Assembly: GCA_947626095.1 (NCBI GenBank)
Contig: CANQQV010000006.1
Span: 1,756-65,755, forward strand
Reading direction: 5' to 3'
Origin: an uncultured Bacilli bacterium
GTDB taxonomy: Bacteria; Bacillota_I; Bacilli_A; RF39; UBA660
Length of the DNA: 64,000 bases
Part shown: positions 58,108 to 64,000 of the stretch, piece by piece
How positions within the stretch are numbered: the stretch's first letter is position 1
Layout of the letters: each line of letters begins with the position of its first letter
Notes under the pieces: generated by a model
Told to the model about the DNA's origin: nothing
What the model saw: the letters and a program-made list of their open reading frames with translations, nothing else
The model's database searches: none
Made by a program: the position numbers and the translations under genes

Positions 58108-58839
58108 TTATTGTAATATACAATCTGCTAGTTCATAAGTTCCTTTAAGAGAACAAGTTATTTTAACATTATCATTCCCGGTTAGATTAAAAGAATCACG
58201 CCAGTTGATAAGGAAATAGTTACCAGGATAATTATTATTTTGATAAGTTGTTTTACTATCAAATAATTTGTAGGTATCATTATCAGTAATCATATAACCA
58301 GAAATAGTAAAGGTTGTTTTACTAAGTAGGGTAATATTATTATATAAATCGTTAAAAGATATTTCAGTAACATTTTTAAAGTTAATTGGGGTTTGATCAA
58401 TAGTACTTAGTTTAAGTTGACCATTACTTAGATCAATGTTACCGACAAAATATATTGTTGTTCCTTTTTTTAGATTGATGTTTTGACTAATTATAGCTTC
58501 TAAAGTATTAGAACTATCTTTGTCTTCACTAATAGTAAGAGTCGTTTCTTCTTTATTAGCTTTAATTGTTTTAATGTAACCACTACTCATATACCATATA
58601 CCACTTTTTTTAGTTGTATAGTTAAGAAGATAGCCGGTAGTAATACGAATATCAGTACCTAGTTTAGCGTCAATACTAGGAACATTATTAGCGTCGCTAA
58701 CATCAATTGGATTGGTTTCTTCTTTTTTCTCATCTTTAGGAATAATCTTGTTCCAAACAAAGACACTGGATACCATGATAATTAGAAGAATAATAAAAAT
58801 TATTTGAGCTTTATATTTAGTTATTTTTATAATAATCAC
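58108..58839 (-). CDS. hypothetical membrane-anchored protein
   Basis: 243-aa ORF with an N-terminal TM helix. Confidence 0.55.
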   Translation of the reverse strand: MIIIKITKYKAQIIFIILLIIMVSSVFVWNKIIPKDEKKEETNPIDVSDANNVPSIDAKLGTDIRITTGYLLNYTTKKSGIWYMSSGYIKTIKANKEETTLTISEDKDSSNTLEAIISQNINLKKGTTIYFVGNIDLSNGQLKLSTIDQTPINFKNVTEISFNDLYNNITLLSKTTFTISGYMITDNDTYKLFDSKTTYQNNNYPGNYFLINWRDSFNLTGNDNVKITCSLKGTYELADCILQ

Positions 58840-58944
58840 CTCATTTAAGCTTATTATATAATAGATATTCGGAAAGAGGTATATTTTTTCAAACTAGTAA
58901 ATTAAAGAAAAAAGATGTATGATGGAAAAGACGGAGGAATTTAA

Positions 58945-59349
58945 ATGACAAAAAAGAATAAATATCAAGAAATAATTGATTTTGTAGAAAATAAGACAGG
59001 ATTTATTAAATATAATAAGATGCATATAGTAGAATTGGATGATTGTTATGCGAAGATGGAAGCGTTAATTGATGAAAATTCATTAAACCCTAATGGAACA
59101 GTCCATGGTGGTTTATTATTTGGTCTTGCTGATACCGTAATGGGAATGGCGGCGCGAACGACAGGAAGAAACTTAGTAACTATTAATTCGCAAATAGATT
59201 ATTTAAAGATGGCTAAGGGCAAGAAAATTATAGCAACAGCAGAGAAACTAAAAGTTGGTAAGACAACAGCGGTTTTTAGATGTAATATGTATGATGAAAA
59301 GGATGTTTTAGTAGCAACAGCGACTGGTACTTATTTCTTTATTGATTAA
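58945..59349 (+). CDS. PaaI/YbgC-type hotdog-fold thioesterase
   Basis: NPNGTVHGGLLFGLADTVMG motif. About 134 aa. Confidence 0.85.
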   Translation: MTKKNKYQEIIDFVENKTGFIKYNKMHIVELDDCYAKMEALIDENSLNPNGTVHGGLLFGLADTVMGMAARTTGRNLVTINSQIDYLKMAKGKKIIATAEKLKVGKTTAVFRCNMYDEKDVLVATATGTYFFID

Positions 59350-59373
59350 ATAGTTCGTTAGAACTATTTTTTT
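59350..59373 (+). terminator. intrinsic terminator
   Basis: ATAGTTC-GTTA-GAACTAT hairpin followed by T7. Confidence 0.7.
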
Positions 59374-60260
59374 AAATCATTTAATATTATTTCGGTTAAT
59401 TTATTAGTACTAAAACTATGAATAGAATTCTTAAGAACAATTAAAGAAAAATAGGTTTCGGGGAGTTCTTGTTTAGTTTTTATTTCAAATATTTTACCTT
59501 CTTTTAGTTCGTTTTGAACAAATTCTTTAGTAGATAAACCGATGCCTAAACCAATTTTAACAAAGTCTTCTAATAAAGAAGAACTAGCTATTTCTAATTT
59601 GGTAGTTATTTTGATATTATTATCGGTACAAAATTTATCAAAAGTTTCTCTAGTTGTGGAAGGATATTTTTGTAAAAGAATAGGGTATGATTCTAAATCA
59701 TTGATATCTATTATTTTATCTTTTAATTCTTGATAGGTATCTGAAGCAATAAAAGCCATTTTTAATTTACCTAAACGTATTAATTCTAAATCTTCGTCTT
59801 CATTAATTTCTTCTTTAGCAATCAGAATATCAATTTTACCTTCTTTGAGCATTGTACGCATTACTTTACTAGGGTCAGTGAAGACTTGGATAGCAATATT
59901 AGGATATTCTTGATGAAAGATTTTTAAATATTTTAAAAGAAAGATACGCATTAGAGTAGTACTAATGCCGATTCTAATTGTACCTTTTTCAAGTTTTTTT
60001 AAGTTAGAAAATTGCATCTCAGCATTACTAAAAGAGTTAATGGCTTGTTTAACATAGTTATATATTTCTTTACCATTATCAGTTAGAATAACTCCTCTTT
60101 TGGTACGAATAAATAATTCGCCACCTAATGCTTCTTCCAGATTTTTAATTTGTTTAGTAACAGCTGGTTGACTTATCATAAGAATTTCGCTGGCTTTAGT
60201 AATATTACCAACCGATGCTACAACATAAAATATTCGGTATAGTTCAAAATTAATATTCAT
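59364..60260 (-). CDS. LysR-family transcriptional regulator
   Basis: N-terminal wHTH (FYVVASVGNITKASEILMISQPAVTKQIKNLE) and a LysR substrate domain. ATG at 60260, 8 nt after GGAGG. Confidence 0.9.
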   Translation of the reverse strand: MNINFELYRIFYVVASVGNITKASEILMISQPAVTKQIKNLEEALGGELFIRTKRGVILTDNGKEIYNYVKQAINSFSNAEMQFSNLKKLEKGTIRIGISTTLMRIFLLKYLKIFHQEYPNIAIQVFTDPSKVMRTMLKEGKIDILIAKEEINEDEDLELIRLGKLKMAFIASDTYQELKDKIIDINDLESYPILLQKYPSTTRETFDKFCTDNNIKITTKLEIASSSLLEDFVKIGLGIGLSTKEFVQNELKEGKIFEIKTKQELPETYFSLIVLKNSIHSFSTNKLTEIILNDLKK

Positions 60261-60352
60261 TATCATAACCTCCAGTTATCATAGAAATAAAATATTTGTA
60301 TTTTAATTATAATTAATTGTTAAGTATAATTCAATTATAAAGAGGTGGCATT

Positions 60353-61216
60353 ATGGAAATGATTGTTGATTTACATACTCATAGTATTTATTCTGATGGA
60401 AGTGATACACCTAAAGAAATAATTAAAAAAGCAAAAGTAAAAAATATTAATTGCTTAGCGATTACAGATCATGATAATCTAGCTGGCGCCAAAGAGTTAG
60501 TTAGGATGGTACATGATAGTATGGATATATATAGTGGGGTTGAATTAACGGCAAAAGTATCAAAAGGAAGAATGCATATACTTGGTTATAATATAGATTT
60601 AGAAAATGAAGAAATTAATAGAGCTTTGAATGAACAAAAAGAAGCAAGTATATATAATATATTACTTTATGTAGAAATATTAAGAAAAGATTTTGATCTT
60701 TATTTACCTAATGATGAAATAGATAAAATAGTTAATGCTAAAGGAAATGTTGGTCGCCCTCAGCTGGCTTTATTATTAGTAAAACTTGGTTATGCTGTAG
60801 ATGTAGAAGAGGCTTTTCAGAAATATTTAATTCATGCTTATGAAAGAGTAAGAAAAGTAAAAAAGGGGCTGACGAAAGAAGAATGTATAGAATTAATTAA
60901 TGATGCTTTAGGAGTAGCAGTGTTAGCACATCCTAATAGCTTAAAATTACAATTACAGGAACTTAAAGAAGAGATACATTATCTTAAAAGTGTTGGGTTA
61001 AAAGGTGTGGAAACTATTCATTCTAATTTAAGCGAACAGGAAAGAATTGCTTATCATGAAATTGCCTTAGGAGAAGGATTGCTTGAAAGTGGAGGAACAG
61101 ATTATCATGGCTATTCTGTTAAGCCAGATATAGAGTTAGGGACGGGGAGAAATAATAATGTTTTTATTCCGGTAGATAGTTTAACTTTAACTAAAAAAGT
61201 AAAGTCTAGATATTAA
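60353..61216 (+). CDS. PHP-domain phosphoesterase (TrpH/YciV-like)
   Basis: DLHTHSIYSDGS, ITDHD, LAHP, GGTDYHG metal-binding motifs. Confidence 0.8.
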   Translation: MEMIVDLHTHSIYSDGSDTPKEIIKKAKVKNINCLAITDHDNLAGAKELVRMVHDSMDIYSGVELTAKVSKGRMHILGYNIDLENEEINRALNEQKEASIYNILLYVEILRKDFDLYLPNDEIDKIVNAKGNVGRPQLALLLVKLGYAVDVEEAFQKYLIHAYERVRKVKKGLTKEECIELINDALGVAVLAHPNSLKLQLQELKEEIHYLKSVGLKGVETIHSNLSEQERIAYHEIALGEGLLESGGTDYHGYSVKPDIELGTGRNNNVFIPVDSLTLTKKVKSRY

Positions 61217-61237
61217 AGCTCACGTGTTGAGCTTTTT
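61215..61237 (+). terminator. intrinsic terminator
   Basis: AAAGCTCA-loop-TGAGCTTT hairpin followed by a T-run. Confidence 0.75.
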
Positions 61238-61300
61238 AAATGATATAGTTTTTTGCTAATTATTATGTTATAATAATTTATAGTAAAGTAGGTGAGTAAA

Positions 61301-62833
61301 ATGTTAACTAATGAATTAAAAGCAATCGAAGTACTAATGACACATTTAGTTAATGATACTTCATTACATAAAGAAGTATACTCACGTTTTACAGAAGAAA
61401 AAACATTTGAAAAGACAAAAGTTGGTTTATTTAATCAAATATCTATAAATTCGCTACTTGATACATATGAAGAGAATCCTAATTTTTCTTTAGAATTCTT
61501 TTTATATAATGGACTTATTCCTGGAATGTATGAAACAGCAGTAGCTACTCCAACAGTAGATATTGCATTACAGAAAGATGTTAAGGAATATTATCGAAGA
61601 TTATATAGAGCTTTGAAAGATGGTAATTATACCTTTGATGAAAATAATAATATATTTGTTTCGAGTGAAGAAATAGAAACGATAGTACCACAAATATGGT
61701 TATATCGTTTATCTAATGCTTATCGTAAATCGGCTTATAAAGAAATGTTTTTATATAATAAAAAGAGTGAAAATAATATTTTAGATATAAATGGTTTGAT
61801 TGATTATTTAAGACATACTAAAACATTCTTAGTAACGATGAAGAGTGGAAATACTAATGATGATTTAGCTAAAATATTTAGTGATACTAAGGAAAGAGTA
61901 ATATCTAAATTTAAAGATAGTAAAGAAGTAAAAGTTGATGATATAATTCAAACATTTAAAGATACTGTACCAAGTAATGTTACGGTAGAGATTAGTAAAT
62001 ATAAGTTAGCTGATGCTTTTTGGTTAGCAAAAAAAGTAGAAAAATATCCAAATTTTTATAGTGAACCATTAGAAGTTCAACAAAAACTAATTAATAGTTG
62101 GTTAATAGAGTTTATTAATAGTAATGAAATAGCAAATCGTCAAACACAGAAATATGTTTTAGCATCAACATTAAGAGAGGATGCAACTTATCGTGGAGAA
62201 GATATTCCAAAAGAGGAAGTAATTGTAGGTTTGTTTAATTTATATATAAAATTAATTAATGAATTAGATTTAGATTTAAATGATATATCATTAAGTAATT
62301 TTCATTTAACTAATTATTTAAGTCCTAATTTACAAGATAATTTAGCTAAATTAACAGAAATGATTAAACTAATTAATAAAGAACATGTATTAAAGGTCGA
62401 AGCGAAAGATAAAGTTGATAATGAGTTAGCTAAATTAAATGAAGCAAAAGAAACCAAAGATACTGATAAAATAGAAATGCGTAATAAGAAGTATCAAAAA
62501 GCTTTAAGTGATTATCAAGAAAAAGAAGAAATAGAAAATAATCATCAAGTAGCAAGAAATCAGTTACAAGCTTTAATTACAGAAGAACAAAAAATATCTT
62601 TAGCTAATATAGCATTTGATAATGATAAGATAATGAGTTTAATACTTAGAGCAATTAAAGAAGGTAGATTGTATATTCAACCTAATGGTAATAGTTTATA
62701 TATTGAACTTTATAATGATACTTTAGGGAAAAATATATTTAAAGCACGAATTTCTTTAGAAGAATTATTAGAATTTATTATGAATGTTAATTTAACATTA
62801 GAAGATATGGCTTATACTAAGAAGGTTAGTTAA
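61301..62833 (+). CDS. hypothetical coiled-coil protein (distant paralogue of 55479-57122)
   Basis: ATG at 61301 after AGGTG. The track start 61292 is a GTG inside the SD. Confidence 0.6.
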   Translation: MLTNELKAIEVLMTHLVNDTSLHKEVYSRFTEEKTFEKTKVGLFNQISINSLLDTYEENPNFSLEFFLYNGLIPGMYETAVATPTVDIALQKDVKEYYRRLYRALKDGNYTFDENNNIFVSSEEIETIVPQIWLYRLSNAYRKSAYKEMFLYNKKSENNILDINGLIDYLRHTKTFLVTMKSGNTNDDLAKIFSDTKERVISKFKDSKEVKVDDIIQTFKDTVPSNVTVEISKYKLADAFWLAKKVEKYPNFYSEPLEVQQKLINSWLIEFINSNEIANRQTQKYVLASTLREDATYRGEDIPKEEVIVGLFNLYIKLINELDLDLNDISLSNFHLTNYLSPNLQDNLAKLTEMIKLINKEHVLKVEAKDKVDNELAKLNEAKETKDTDKIEMRNKKYQKALSDYQEKEEIENNHQVARNQLQALITEEQKISLANIAFDNDKIMSLILRAIKEGRLYIQPNGNSLYIELYNDTLGKNIFKARISLEELLEFIMNVNLTLEDMAYTKKVS

Positions 62834-62893
62834 AACCTTCTTTTTTAGTTAAAATTGAGTATAATAAAGATATTATTAGAGAAGAGAGATAAG

Positions 62894-63817
62894 ATGGAAG
62901 TTTTGGATAAAATATCAAGTTCAGTTGCTTATGTGAAAGATAATAGTAAGTATGTAAAAGTTAATTATGAAGAAATAGATAAACAAATTGAAAAAATTGA
63001 TTTTACGAAAGTTAGTTTCTGGTTAGATAGTAATCCATATGGAGTTTTGGATTTACCTTATGAAGATTTATTTACTTTTTTACTTATTTTTCATGCAATA
63101 GGGGATTATTGTTTTTGGGGAGATCCAAAGTGGGAGATTTATGTTAATGGTAAAGTATTAGATGGTTCTTATGCTATTATGTATTTAATTATTAATAAGT
63201 TTATGGAAGATAAAACATTTAAAATGAGTTATGAAGAATTTAGAAAATTTTTACAAGGTAATATAGAGATACCTTTAATTAAAGAAAGATATGAATGTTT
63301 ACAAGAAGTTTATAAATATTTAGAAAAACATAATTTTTATAAGGAAATAAAAGAGATGAATGATGATATAACCTTATTAAACTATATAATTAATAATTTT
63401 AGTTTCTTTAAAGATGTTAGTATGTATAAAGATAAAGAAATAGCTTTTTATAAAAGAGCACAATTAATTACTTCGGATATTTTACATATTAAGAAAAAGT
63501 GTGGACATGAAAAAGTAGATTATTCGCATTTACTAGGGTGTGCTGATTATAAAATACCACAAGTAATGAGATGTTATGGAATGTTAGAATTTAATAATGA
63601 ATTAGCTAATTTAGTAGATAATAAAAAGTTAATTCTTAAAGATAGTGAGATGGAAGTAGAAATAAGAGCTTTAACTTTAGAAGTAATAGATTATGTATAT
63701 CATAAGTTAGATGGTAAAGTATCACGTATGGATATTAATGATTTAATATGGTTAATGGGACAGGATAAAAGTAAAATGACAAAGAATTATCATCGTACTT
63801 TAACTATTTGTTATTAG
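62894..63817 (+). CDS. queuosine salvage protein family (DUF2419 / Qng1-like)
   Basis: HAIGDYCFWGDPKW, YKRAQLITSDI and CADYKIPQVMRCYG resemble DUF2419 signatures (recollection). Start taken at MEVLDK; the track TTG start lies inside a TATAAT. Confidence 0.6.
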   Translation: MEVLDKISSSVAYVKDNSKYVKVNYEEIDKQIEKIDFTKVSFWLDSNPYGVLDLPYEDLFTFLLIFHAIGDYCFWGDPKWEIYVNGKVLDGSYAIMYLIINKFMEDKTFKMSYEEFRKFLQGNIEIPLIKERYECLQEVYKYLEKHNFYKEIKEMNDDITLLNYIINNFSFFKDVSMYKDKEIAFYKRAQLITSDILHIKKKCGHEKVDYSHLLGCADYKIPQVMRCYGMLEFNNELANLVDNKKLILKDSEMEVEIRALTLEVIDYVYHKLDGKVSRMDINDLIWLMGQDKSKMTKNYHRTLTICY

Positions 63818-63825
63818 GAGTGATT

Positions 63826-64000
63826 ATGACAAAGTATTATAAGGTAATGTTTGGTACTACATCAGGTGCAAAAAGTGATTTTAAATATAATTTAAATAAT
63901 GTTACAGTTGCTCGAACTTGGAATAAAAATGGTCAAACGCCAAGTGAAATGGGTGGTTTTAATTATACGACGGAAGAGTGTTTAATAAGATGGTTACATC
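63826..64000 (+). CDS. hypothetical protein, 5' fragment (runs off window end)
   Basis: ATG at 63826 after AGGAG. Open frame (MTKYYKVMFGTTSGAKSDF...) to the window edge. Confidence 0.4.
   Translation, partial: MTKYYKVMFGTTSGAKSDFKYNLNNVTVARTWNKNGQTPSEMGGFNYTTEECLIRWLH

Noticed and set aside
1-64000. CRISPR arrays, transposases, integrases, prophage modules, rRNA genes.
   Set aside because: There are no regularly spaced direct repeats and no recombinase or transposase motifs in any ORF. The only repeats found are the surface-gene boxes and the 17-bp inverted repeat. The window looks like core chromosome.
1-64000. Alternative genetic code (for example TGA=Trp, as in Mollicutes) as an explanation for the broken genes.
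   Set aside because: Long genes are intact under the standard code. The three breaks involve TAA stops or frame changes, not in-frame TGA codons.

Overview
Strongly AT-rich (about 70-75% A+T by eye) chromosomal segment from a low-GC Bacillota-type organism, possibly Erysipelotrichia or Mollicutes-related (weak guess). tRNA genes encode their CCA ends, and promoters and Shine-Dalgarno sites are close to sigma-A and AGGAGG consensus. Most of the window is ordinary housekeeping: tsaC/sua5, cca, aquaporin, hsp20, dusB, nrdD, rluA-type synthase, folD, RNase R, addAB, ABC and ABC-F ATPases, a LysR regulator, tRNA-Asn and tRNA-His. These are mixed with many lineage-specific membrane and hypothetical proteins. 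I found no CRISPR array, transposase, integrase or prophage genes. Six things deserve a second look. (1) A ~0.93 kb unit runs from a consensus promoter to an intrinsic terminator with no ORF and GC-rich hairpin islands (20462-21424), a candidate large structured ncRNA. (2) A discrete two-gene operon (39172-41792) encodes an AAA_5 (CobS/MoxR-like) ATPase with an apparent degenerate AsnB-type amidotransferase-like N-domain plus a small partner; its consensus promoter is bracketed by a perfect 17-bp inverted repeat. (3) The glycyl-radical segment of nrdD sits in a separate 61-codon ORF. (4) Two tandem surface-protein paralogues share an identical 41-nt 5' box and a near-identical 190-nt 3' end, but neither has an intact start or signal-peptide region. 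(5) Three tandem truncated M3-like HExxH peptidase paralogues occur together, the middle one split. (6) A CIRCE operator overlaps the hsp20 promoter. All family assignments come from motif reading by eye and need database confirmation.
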